A DNA stretch of 57,874 nucleotides. Origin: Candidatus Saccharimonadia bacterium (GTDB taxonomy: Bacteria; Patescibacteriota; Saccharimonadia; UBA4664). The stretch is from positions 1 through 57,874 of the forward strand of contig DASXHH010000007.1 of assembly GCA_036488585.1 (NCBI GenBank). The letters run 5' to 3'. Under the pieces are notes generated by a model that saw only the letters and a program-made list of their open reading frames with translations, had not been told where the DNA came from and did no database searches. Position numbers and translations under genes: made by a program. This document shows, piece after piece, positions 44,866 through 52,957 of the stretch; position 1 is the first letter of the stretch; the number at the start of each line of letters is the position of its first letter.

Positions 44866-44923
44866 AATTTAAACGCGCCGACGGCGTAACCTTACCCGCG
44901 GCGTTTTAAATTGCGCACACACT

Positions 44924-46765
44924 ATGGACCAAACTCTCACCACCACCGAACACATTCGCAACGTGGCCATCATCGCCCACGTCGACCATGGCAAAACCAC
45001 CCTCGTGGATGGCCTGCTTAAGCAAGCAAAAACTTTCCGCGACAACCAGGCCGAAATGCAGCAAACTACCATCCTTGATACGGGCGACCTGGAGCGAGAG
45101 CGGGGGATTACCATCTCCGCTAAAACCACCGCAGTCACCTACGATGGCTACAAGATCAACATCATCGACACTCCCGGACACGCCGACTTCTCCGGCGAAG
45201 TGGAGCGCACCCTGGGCATGGCCGATGGCTGCCTGCTGATCGTTGATGCCCAGGAAGGCCCCATGCCCCAGACCAAATTTGTGCTTTCAAAAGCCCTCGG
45301 GCTCGGCCTTAAGCCGGTAGTCGTAATCAACAAGGTCGACAAGCGCGACGCCCGCGGCGACGAAGTCATTACCGAAATCGAGCATCTGTTCCTGGACTTA
45401 GCGGTCTCAGATGACCAGCTCGAGTTCCCGGTGTACTACTGTGTCGGCCGCGATGGCAAGGCCTGGGACCACCAACCGGATGCCGCCGAGATCTCCGCCG
45501 CCGGCGACCTCACGCCCATCTTTAGTGCCATCATCAATGACATTCCCGCCCCCCGTGTTGAACCGGGCGGCCCCTTCCAGATGCTCGTAACTTCGCTGGC
45601 CTGGGACTCGTACCAGGGCAAATACGCCATCGGCCGCATCCAACGAGGTAGCATTCAAGCCGGACAGGCACTCAGCTACATCCATAGAGACGGCACCGTC
45701 TCAAACGCCAAGGCCGACAAATTGTTCGTGGCTCAAGGCCTCGACCGAGTGGAAGTAACAGAGGCCTTCGCCGGAGACATCGTCTGGATTACCGGCGTCG
45801 GTGCAGCCAACATTGGCGGCAGTATCACCGACCCTGGCACCCCCGAGGCTCTGCCCGTTATGGAAATCGAAGCCCCTACCCTCCAGATTCAAATCGGCCC
45901 CAACACCAGCCCCTTCGCCGGCCGCGAAGGCAAGTTCACCACCAGCCGCCAAATCGGCGCCCGTCTCGAGCGCGAGCTCGAAACCAATGTTGGTCTGCGC
46001 GTGGAAGACCGCGGTACCGGCTTCTTAGTAAGTGGCCGTGGCGAGCTCCACCTCTCGGTACTCATCGAGACCCTGCGTCGCGAAGGCTTCGAAATGGAGG
46101 TCGGTCGGCCGCAAGTGGTCACAAAAGAGCAGGATGGTCGCACCGTTGAGCCGATCGAAGAGCTCACCATCGAGGTACCCGAGGAACACGTCGGCGCCAT
46201 CACTTCCGAACTCGGCCGCCGCCGCGCCAACCTGGTAACCATGGAAGCCACCACCAAAGCCACTACCCGGCTCATCTATACCTTGCCCACTCGCGCCCTG
46301 CTGGGTCTACGCAACATTCTCCTCACCGCCACCAAGGGTACCGCCACCGTCAACAGCCTACTCACCGGCTACGAACCACTCGGCGCCCCGTTGCAGCAGC
46401 TGCGCAATGGCGTGCTCATTTCCGCCGAAACCGGCACCGCCACCACTTACAGTCTCAAAACCGTCGAGGAGCGCGGCACCGCTTACATCGGCCCCGGCAC
46501 CAAGGTTTACGAAGGCATGATTATCGGCCTCAACCGCCGCGGCGACGATATGGAGATCAACGTCACCAAAGAAAAGAAGCTCACCAACGTCCGGGCTTCT
46601 GCCACCGACATGACCACCCAGCTCACCCCATTTACCCAGCTCACACTTGAAGAAGCCCTCGACTTTATCGAAAACGATGAGCTGCTCGAGACTACTCCCG
46701 AGAACCTACGCATGCGCAAGCGATACCTGCTTCCCCACGAGCGCAAGCGTAATCGCCAGTCCTAA
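44924..46765 (+). CDS. typA: translational GTPase TypA/BipA
   Basis: Contains IRNVAIIAHVDHGKTTLVDGLL, IIDTPGHADF and NKVD, with length and C-terminal domain typical of BipA. Confidence 0.95.
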   Translation: MDQTLTTTEHIRNVAIIAHVDHGKTTLVDGLLKQAKTFRDNQAEMQQTTILDTGDLERERGITISAKTTAVTYDGYKINIIDTPGHADFSGEVERTLGMADGCLLIVDAQEGPMPQTKFVLSKALGLGLKPVVVINKVDKRDARGDEVITEIEHLFLDLAVSDDQLEFPVYYCVGRDGKAWDHQPDAAEISAAGDLTPIFSAIINDIPAPRVEPGGPFQMLVTSLAWDSYQGKYAIGRIQRGSIQAGQALSYIHRDGTVSNAKADKLFVAQGLDRVEVTEAFAGDIVWITGVGAANIGGSITDPGTPEALPVMEIEAPTLQIQIGPNTSPFAGREGKFTTSRQIGARLERELETNVGLRVEDRGTGFLVSGRGELHLSVLIETLRREGFEMEVGRPQVVTKEQDGRTVEPIEELTIEVPEEHVGAITSELGRRRANLVTMEATTKATTRLIYTLPTRALLGLRNILLTATKGTATVNSLLTGYEPLGAPLQQLRNGVLISAETGTATTYSLKTVEERGTAYIGPGTKVYEGMIIGLNRRGDDMEINVTKEKKLTNVRASATDMTTQLTPFTQLTLEEALDFIENDELLETTPENLRMRKRYLLPHERKRNRQS

Positions 46766-46815
46766 TAAGAAACGGCCGTAAGTCACTCGACACGATGTTA
46801 GAGCTAGACTAGTGC

Positions 46816-46849
46816 TATTATTGCAATAATAAGTCTTTTCTTTTATAAT
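46816..46849 (+). promoter_or_regulatory. consensus promoter with -35 embedded in a perfect 16-bp palindrome
   Basis: The palindrome is TATTATTGCAATAATA (46816-46831). The promoter is TTGCAA (46821-46826), 17 nt, TATAAT (46844-46849). A 56-nt leader carries GGGAGGGGG before ATG 46906. Confidence 0.6.
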
Positions 46850-46905
46850 ATAAAACCGTCATACGTGACAGCCCATAGATCTCCGACAATTGGGAGGGGG
46901 ATCGC

Positions 46906-47754
46906 ATGAATTGCGATACCTTCAGTGACTACTTCCAGCGCTACGGGCATTGCCCGCCGGACCCGTCAACGCCTTGGTGGCACTACGCACTCATGGTTGT
47001 GGGCGGGCTGGTAGTTCTGGGCATCATCCTGTCAGCCTTCCGCATCGTGCAGCAGTATCAGCGCGGCGTGGTTACCCGCTTCGGCCGAGTGGTCGGCGAG
47101 CGCGAACCGGGCCTACGCCTGGTTGTACCACTCATCGACCGAATGGTGCACGTGGACATGCAGATCTTCACGCTGCCGCTCCAGCCCCAGCAGGTAATCA
47201 CAAAGGACAGCGTGTCTCTCAGCATTCGAGCCGTCGTCTACTACCGGGTGTTCGACGCCACCCAGAACTACACGCAGCTGGATGATGACGAGGTGGCAAT
47301 TGAGCAACTCGGCCAGTCCATCATGCGCCGACTCGTCGGTCAGCGCGATCTCGCCGAACTCCTGGAGCATGGGGAAGCTGTAACGACCGCCATCCACAAT
47401 GAGCTCAAGCGGCCCGCCGTGCAGTGGGGTCTCGAGATCACTTACCTGGAAATCAAGGACATCGATCTGCCGCAGGCAATGCAGCGGGCCATGGCCGCCC
47501 AGGCCGAAGCCACTCGCATGGCTGACGCCAAGGTCACAGAAGCCGGTGGCGAACAGCGGAGCGCTGAGCTCCTAGCCCAGGCGGCCTCCCAGCTAACTCC
47601 GGCCGCACTCCGTCTGCGTGAACTCCTGGCGATGCAGGCCATCGGAGCCGACAACGCGACGGTGATCGTCGTCCCCTCAGGAAATTCAGCCGAGCTGGCC
47701 GGTTCTGCCGCCGCCGGCGCCATCGCTGCCGAAAGGGGGCAGGCGCTGGGCTAG
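46906..47754 (+). CDS. SPFH/band-7 (stomatin/slipin-like) membrane protein
   Basis: A TM helix is followed by FRIVQQYQRGVVTRFGR...PGLRLVVPLIDRM and an Ala-rich coiled C-terminus. Confidence 0.85.
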   Translation: MNCDTFSDYFQRYGHCPPDPSTPWWHYALMVVGGLVVLGIILSAFRIVQQYQRGVVTRFGRVVGEREPGLRLVVPLIDRMVHVDMQIFTLPLQPQQVITKDSVSLSIRAVVYYRVFDATQNYTQLDDDEVAIEQLGQSIMRRLVGQRDLAELLEHGEAVTTAIHNELKRPAVQWGLEITYLEIKDIDLPQAMQRAMAAQAEATRMADAKVTEAGGEQRSAELLAQAASQLTPAALRLRELLAMQAIGADNATVIVVPSGNSAELAGSAAAGAIAAERGQALG

Positions 47755-47769
47755 CCCATCACTGGGCTT

Positions 47770-47816
47770 GACCCACGGGAGAAGACTCATGGTCTATCCC
47801 GTGGGTCTTCTCTTTT
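47770..47816 (+). terminator. rho-independent terminator
   Basis: 11-bp stem GACCCACGGGA (47770-47780) / TCCCGTGGGTC (47797-47807), followed by TTCTCTTTT. Confidence 0.75.
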
Positions 47817-47874
47817 CATACCAGCACCGACTAAACCTCCCTAGTTCTCAAAAAAAGTCGGGATTAGCTTCCTA

Positions 47875-48111
47875 CTACTGGCCTTTTTCTTGCTCCTTTT
47901 CCTTACCTTCTTCTACGAGTTCACGCACCCGCTGGCCACCTTTTTCACCGATTTCTTCGTAATACTCATGTCCGCGCTCATCGCGCACTGTTTCGCCGCC
48001 CTTCTTGCCAATCTCGGCATAAAACTCGCGGCCGTACTTGTCACGCACTTTAATACCACCCTTGTGGCCGGCCTCGCTTACGGTCATATCGCCCTTGTTG
48101 TCACTAGCCAT
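47875..48111 (-). CDS. KGG-repeat general stress protein (YciG-like)
   Basis: Repeats GHKGG, GKKGGE and GEKGGQ, each followed by VRD/VRE. AAGGAG lies 5 nt upstream. Confidence 0.8.
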   Translation of the reverse strand: MASDNKGDMTVSEAGHKGGIKVRDKYGREFYAEIGKKGGETVRDERGHEYYEEIGEKGGQRVRELVEEGKEKEQEKGQ

Positions 48112-48288
48112 AATTTCTCCTTAATTTACGCTGTCATCTGAAAATATGATGAATCCAGCACGGGGTCATTGCCCATTGTTACAATCCTTTCCACCTCCTC
48201 CATGGCCAACATCGTTAGAAATATGTACATGCATACCCGGCCCCAATCGTGATACACCGTATGTCTAACAGTAAGGAGGAACTAGTCT

Positions 48289-48522
48289 ATGGCACACAAG
48301 GATGAAGTTCGCAGTGAAGATGAAGGTCAAATGAGTGTTCAGGAGGCAGGACATCGCGGAGGTGAGGCCACCAGCAAAACTCACGATCACGAATATTACG
48401 AGGAGATCGGCCACAAGGGCGGAGAGGCTGGCGGCAAGAAGGGCGGCGAGCGAGTACGCGAGCTGATCGAGGAAGGCAAGGAGAAAGAAGCCGAGGACCG
48501 CTCCTCCGACGCCAGCCAGTAG
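48289..48522 (+). CDS. KGG-repeat general stress protein (paralog, divergent)
   Basis: Contains GHRGGE, GHKGGEAGGKKGGERVRELIEEGKEKE. AAGGAGG lies 8 nt upstream. Confidence 0.8.
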   Translation: MAHKDEVRSEDEGQMSVQEAGHRGGEATSKTHDHEYYEEIGHKGGEAGGKKGGERVRELIEEGKEKEAEDRSSDASQ

Positions 48523-48559
48523 ATCGCCAAAAACTAATACTTAAACGAATACCACAATC

Positions 48560-48583
48560 GAGGCCGGACCAGTTTCCGGCCTC
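48560..48583 (+). terminator. hairpin after the KGG gene
   Basis: GAGGCCGGA (48560-48568) / TCCGGCCTC (48575-48583). No U-tract. Confidence 0.45.
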
Positions 48584-48602
48584 CAAAGTACTTATGCACA
48601 TC

Positions 48603-48631
48603 TTGCTAAAATTTAGTTAAGAGACTAATAT
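48603..48631 (+). promoter_or_regulatory. promoter of the MarR-MFS operon, leaderless-type
   Basis: TTGCTA (48603-48608), 17 nt, TAATAT (48626-48631), then 6 nt to GTG 48638. Confidence 0.55.
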
Positions 48632-48637
48632 ATATAA

Positions 48638-49078
48638 GTGATTACTACTACTCAGAAACTGTCCCGGGTCGAACAAGCCATGGACGCTATGAAGCGAGCC
48701 ATGACCAACGCCCGGCACCGGATGGGGGAGGGCCTCGGGCTCACCCGCACCCAACTCGACATCCTGCTCCTCCTGGCCGGCGGGCCTAAGAGCACCGGCG
48801 ACCTTGCCCGGTCACTGGTCGTCACCCAGAGTGCCACCACCCAGACCATCGACACCTTGGTGCGCCAAAAACTGGTGGAGCGCCACCCCGACGAAGACGA
48901 CCGGCGGGTGGTTCGGCTAGGGCTCAGCCCGGAAGGTCACCGGCTTACCGACCAGCTCTGTGACCACCGCCGCCGCTTTATCAAATCACTAGTGGACCAA
49001 CTTACAGACAGCGAAGTCGAATCGCTGATTTCTATTACAGGCAAACTCACCAACCTCTTAAGCGTCGAAAAAAATTAA
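48638..49078 (+). CDS. MarR-family transcriptional regulator
   Basis: The winged HTH is LTRTQLDILLLLAGGPKSTGDLARSLVVTQSATTQTIDTLVRQKLVERHPDEDDRRVV. Confidence 0.85.
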   Translation: MITTTQKLSRVEQAMDAMKRAMTNARHRMGEGLGLTRTQLDILLLLAGGPKSTGDLARSLVVTQSATTQTIDTLVRQKLVERHPDEDDRRVVRLGLSPEGHRLTDQLCDHRRRFIKSLVDQLTDSEVESLISITGKLTNLLSVEKN

Positions 49079-49090
49079 CAGGATAGATTC

Positions 49091-50923
49091 ATGCCCCAGC
49101 TAGATGGAATTAGACCAAAATCCGACAAAACCGCCAATAATACCCTAAGGCAGCCTGCATCGGTCCCAGATCCAGCCGCTACCACTCCGCCTACTATCAG
49201 CCCAGAAGCCGCCAGTTCTGCAGCCCCCAGTGCTTCAGCCGAGGTGACCTCGTTCGCCGACCTACACCCTAGCCGCAAAAAAATCACCATGATCGGCGTC
49301 ATTCTGGCAATGCTCTTGGCCGCCCTCGACCAAACCATCGTTGGTACAGCCTTGCCGCGCATCGTCCGCGACCTGGGCGGCGCCGACCACCTCACCTGGG
49401 TCGTCACCGCCTACATGCTGGCCTCCACCGTCACCGTCCCGATCTACGGTAAACTGTCCGACCTGTTCGGCCGCAAGTGGTTCTTCTTCTCGGGCATCGT
49501 CATTTTCCTCATCGGCTCCATCCTCTGCGGCCTGTCGCAAAACATGTTCGAGCTCGTGGCCTTCCGCGCCCTTCAAGGTATCGGCGGCGGCGCCATCATG
49601 GGTAATGCCTTCGCCATCATTGGCGACCTGTTCTCACCGGCCGAACGCGCCCGCTGGCAGGGTGTACTTGGTGGTGTTTTCGGCCTTGCTTCGGTCATCG
49701 GCCCCGCACTCGGCGGCTGGCTCACCGACCACGCTTCTTGGCGCTGGGTGTTCTACATTAACCTCCCGCTCGGCCTGGTAGCGCTCGGCTTCATCGGCTT
49801 CCTCATGCCCCGGGTTGCATCACAGATTAAAGACAAGGTCATCGACTTCTGGGGCGCCGGCCTCATCGTCACCTCGCTGGTACCGCTCCTCATAGCCCTC
49901 AGCTGGGGTGGCAGCCAGTACGCCTGGAACTCCAACATTATCCTCAGTCTCTTTGCTTTTGGCGCCGCCTCCCTTGCCGCCTTCATATTTGCCGAACACA
50001 AGGCCAAAGAGCCCATCATACCCCTGAGCCTATTCAAGAACTCCATCTTCACCACCTCTGCCATCGTGACGTTCCTCACGGCCGCGGCCATGTTTGGCGC
50101 CATCGTCTATATCCCGCTCTTCGGCCAACTCGTGCAAGATGTATCCGCCACCGATTCCGGCACTATTCTCACCCCGCTCATGGTCGGCCTCATAAGCGCA
50201 TCGGTGGTGTCGGGCCAAATCATCGCCCGCACCGGCAAGTACCGCTTCCTAGCCCTCTGCGGCGTCGCCCTACTGGTAGTAAGCTTACTGTGGCTCAGCG
50301 GCATTACTGCCTCCACCACTACCATCGAACTCGTCATGCGTATGGTTGCACTCGGCATCAGCCTAGGTCTCATCATGCCTATCTTCAACATTGTGGTCCA
50401 AAACGCCTTCGACCAAAGCAAAATCGGCGTAGTCACCGCCGCCACCCAGACCTTCCGCAACGTCGGCGGCACCGTTGGCACCGCCGTCTTGGGCGCGGTG
50501 TTCAACAACACCCTGTCACACAATTCCGCCGCTCTAGCCGGCACCACATACGGCCAGTCGCTGGCTACTCAACACCTCAGTACTACCGACCCCAATGTGC
50601 TGGAAAAAATGTTGTCCCCCGAAGGACAGGCAGCCATCTTGCACAAAATCGCTTCTTTGCCCCTGCCCGGCCCTGCCATCACCGCCGCCCGCAGCTCCTT
50701 CATCGATTTTATCTCTCAGGGCAAAATCGTGTTCGCCGACTCCATCAGCCACCTCTTCCTCATTAGCGCCATCGTGGCCTGCGCGGCTATGGTCGCCACT
50801 CTGTTCCTCAAAGAAATCCCGCTCAAGCGTGCCGCCAAGCCCAAGAAGGCGGTTCAAGCTGGTGAAGAGCTCGCGGTCGAACTCGGCCAATCCGAGCCCA
50901 AAGACGAGCCAGCCCTCACCTAA
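49091..50923 (+). CDS. MFS transporter, DHA2 (EmrB/QacA-like) family
   Basis: Contains LDQTIVGTALPRIVRDLGG and LSDLFGRKWFF, with about 14 helices and a Pro/Ala/Ser-rich N-terminal tail. Confidence 0.9.
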   Translation: MPQLDGIRPKSDKTANNTLRQPASVPDPAATTPPTISPEAASSAAPSASAEVTSFADLHPSRKKITMIGVILAMLLAALDQTIVGTALPRIVRDLGGADHLTWVVTAYMLASTVTVPIYGKLSDLFGRKWFFFSGIVIFLIGSILCGLSQNMFELVAFRALQGIGGGAIMGNAFAIIGDLFSPAERARWQGVLGGVFGLASVIGPALGGWLTDHASWRWVFYINLPLGLVALGFIGFLMPRVASQIKDKVIDFWGAGLIVTSLVPLLIALSWGGSQYAWNSNIILSLFAFGAASLAAFIFAEHKAKEPIIPLSLFKNSIFTTSAIVTFLTAAAMFGAIVYIPLFGQLVQDVSATDSGTILTPLMVGLISASVVSGQIIARTGKYRFLALCGVALLVVSLLWLSGITASTTTIELVMRMVALGISLGLIMPIFNIVVQNAFDQSKIGVVTAATQTFRNVGGTVGTAVLGAVFNNTLSHNSAALAGTTYGQSLATQHLSTTDPNVLEKMLSPEGQAAILHKIASLPLPGPAITAARSSFIDFISQGKIVFADSISHLFLISAIVACAAMVATLFLKEIPLKRAAKPKKAVQAGEELAVELGQSEPKDEPALT

Positions 50924-50930
50924 CCATCAC

Positions 50931-52184
50931 TTACTCTACAGCTGGGCTCGTAGTCACTCCACTTGTGCGTTCCCCGCGAAGGCTTAACCAGCCAACCACC
51001 GCCGCCAGTATGGCCGCCACGCCACCCACCGCCAAACCCATACGCGGCGAGGCATGATCACAAATCCAGCCCACCACCGGCCCACCCAGCGGTGTGGTGC
51101 CCAAAAATGCCACTGCCCATAAAGACATTACCCGGCCGCGCATCTCGGGACTGGTTGCAAGCTGCAAAGTACTGTTAGCCAGCGCCGAAAAGATTATCGA
51201 CCCAAAGCCCACGCCCACCAACAACACAGCCTCAAATTGAGCCCCAGGCGCCAGGGAACTCACTAGCATGCACACTCCAAACAACGCTGAGGCGCGAACG
51301 AGCGATTTCTGACCCGCCTTCAGCCGCCCCGCCGCCAGCACGCCGCCTATCACCGATCCCACGCTCATCGCCGCCATAAACAGCGCATAGGTGCTAGCGC
51401 CGCCATGAAACGTCCGGCTGGCCAGTAGCGGCATCACTACTTGAAATTCGTAAGTGAAGGTACCGATTATTACCAACATGAAGATCGTAAACCTCAGCAC
51501 CGGGTGGTTCCATACGTACCTCAACCCCTCCTGCAGCTGCCCTCTAATGTGCTCGGAGTGCTTCGCCGGGTGTAACTCAGAAGCGTGCATCAAAGCTAGG
51601 CTCGTTAACACCACCACATACGAAGCCGCATTCAGCAAAAAACAGTAGGCCATACCTACGCCCGCGATCAGCACCGCCGCCACACTTGGGCCAATCACCC
51701 GAGCCAGGTTAAGCGCGATGCCGTTAAGCGTCACCGCATTAATCAGGCGTTCCGGCCCCACCATCTCCACCACAAAAGTCTGCCGCGCTGGATTATCAAA
51801 CACTGTCACCAGGCCCAACATCGAGGCCAGCACAAACACCATCCAGACCTGCACCACATGCGTCAGCACGAGTAGTCCCAGCACAAACGCCAGTAGCATC
51901 GCCGAGCTCTGAGTAATGTACAACAATTTGCGCTTAGGGAAGCGATCGGCGATCACGCCGCCAATCGGCCCCAGCAATAAAATCGGTAAAAATTGCGCCG
52001 CCACCAGTAGACCAATCGCGGTACCCGAATGCGTCAGTTCAAGTACCAACCAGGTCTGAGCAATGGTCTGCATCCAGGTACCGGTGAGAGAAATTCCCTG
52101 ACCGAAGAAATAAAGCCGGTAATTATGGACCTCAAACGAACTAAAAGTATCTTTGGTGTAGTTCTGTATCTTTTGAAACATCAA
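50931..52184 (-). CDS. MFS transporter (MFS_3 / EntS-like)
   Basis: NYRLYFFGQGISLTGTWMQTIAQTWLVLELT, with 12 helices. Confidence 0.85.
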   Translation of the reverse strand: MMFQKIQNYTKDTFSSFEVHNYRLYFFGQGISLTGTWMQTIAQTWLVLELTHSGTAIGLLVAAQFLPILLLGPIGGVIADRFPKRKLLYITQSSAMLLAFVLGLLVLTHVVQVWMVFVLASMLGLVTVFDNPARQTFVVEMVGPERLINAVTLNGIALNLARVIGPSVAAVLIAGVGMAYCFLLNAASYVVVLTSLALMHASELHPAKHSEHIRGQLQEGLRYVWNHPVLRFTIFMLVIIGTFTYEFQVVMPLLASRTFHGGASTYALFMAAMSVGSVIGGVLAAGRLKAGQKSLVRASALFGVCMLVSSLAPGAQFEAVLLVGVGFGSIIFSALANSTLQLATSPEMRGRVMSLWAVAFLGTTPLGGPVVGWICDHASPRMGLAVGGVAAILAAVVGWLSLRGERTSGVTTSPAVE

Positions 52185-52226
52185 TCTCCCGCGTTAACAC
52201 ACCATATTAGTATATCCCCGGATAAA

Positions 52227-52922
52227 CTACGCCGCCACTAGACGGGAAATGACCAAGATTGTGAGGCTCGTCCAGGTAAGCGCAAACACTATACCGCCAA
52301 GCACATCGCTCGGCCAATGCACCCCCAGGTAAACGCGCGAGCACCCCACCGCCAGGCCCATTGCTACGGCGGCCAGCGCCGCCGTTCGCCCAGCGCGACG
52401 ATCCCATCTCCACAGCAACCACGCCGCCAACCCCACCGCCACACCCGAAAGTGCCGTGTGCCCCGATGGGTAGGAGTACGAGCTAGCCTGCACTAGCCAG
52501 TACTCGTGCGGCGGCCGCGGGCGATGCACCAACAGATTAATGCCAGTCCGCACGATATCAGCGCCCAAAAGCGACGCCACCGCCAGCACTACATACTTCC
52601 CACCTTGCCGCCGAACAAGCGGCCAACCCCCAGCCAGCACCACCAGGTAGGCGAGCCAGGTGCCGAGCCAGGTCACGCCCCGCATCACCGTCGTGAGAGT
52701 AGGGGACCGCCATCCGTAAGCTAGCCGCATCCCTGCCGCGTCCATCATGGACAGCCTTGAATTTTGACTCACTACCAGCCAGGTCAGTACCAAAAACACC
52801 AGCACCCCACCAGCCGCCAGTACATACCAACTGTTACGACGCCAAAAATCAGACCATTTCGCCATTATCATGCAGTATACATAATGCCCCTTCAGACCGC
52901 GCAGACTATAATTACTCTTCAC
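52227..52922 (-). CDS. PAP2-family phosphatase
   Basis: Contains SYPSGHTA and SRVYLGVHWPSDVLGG. The start is uncertain: GTG 52922, or ATG 52871/52865. Confidence 0.85.
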   Translation of the reverse strand: MKSNYSLRGLKGHYVYCMIMAKWSDFWRRNSWYVLAAGGVLVFLVLTWLVVSQNSRLSMMDAAGMRLAYGWRSPTLTTVMRGVTWLGTWLAYLVVLAGGWPLVRRQGGKYVVLAVASLLGADIVRTGINLLVHRPRPPHEYWLVQASSYSYPSGHTALSGVAVGLAAWLLWRWDRRAGRTAALAAVAMGLAVGCSRVYLGVHWPSDVLGGIVFALTWTSLTILVISRLVAA

Positions 52923-52957
52923 TCACAACTACCCCCGGAAAGGCCTGTGAGAGCACC

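Noticed and set aside
52757-52957. N-terminal 67-aa extension of the GDE-like ORF
   Set aside because: It would overlap the opposite-strand PAP2 gene by 166 nt. It is Pro/Thr/Ser-rich with no homology pattern. ATG 52958 begins the conserved part.
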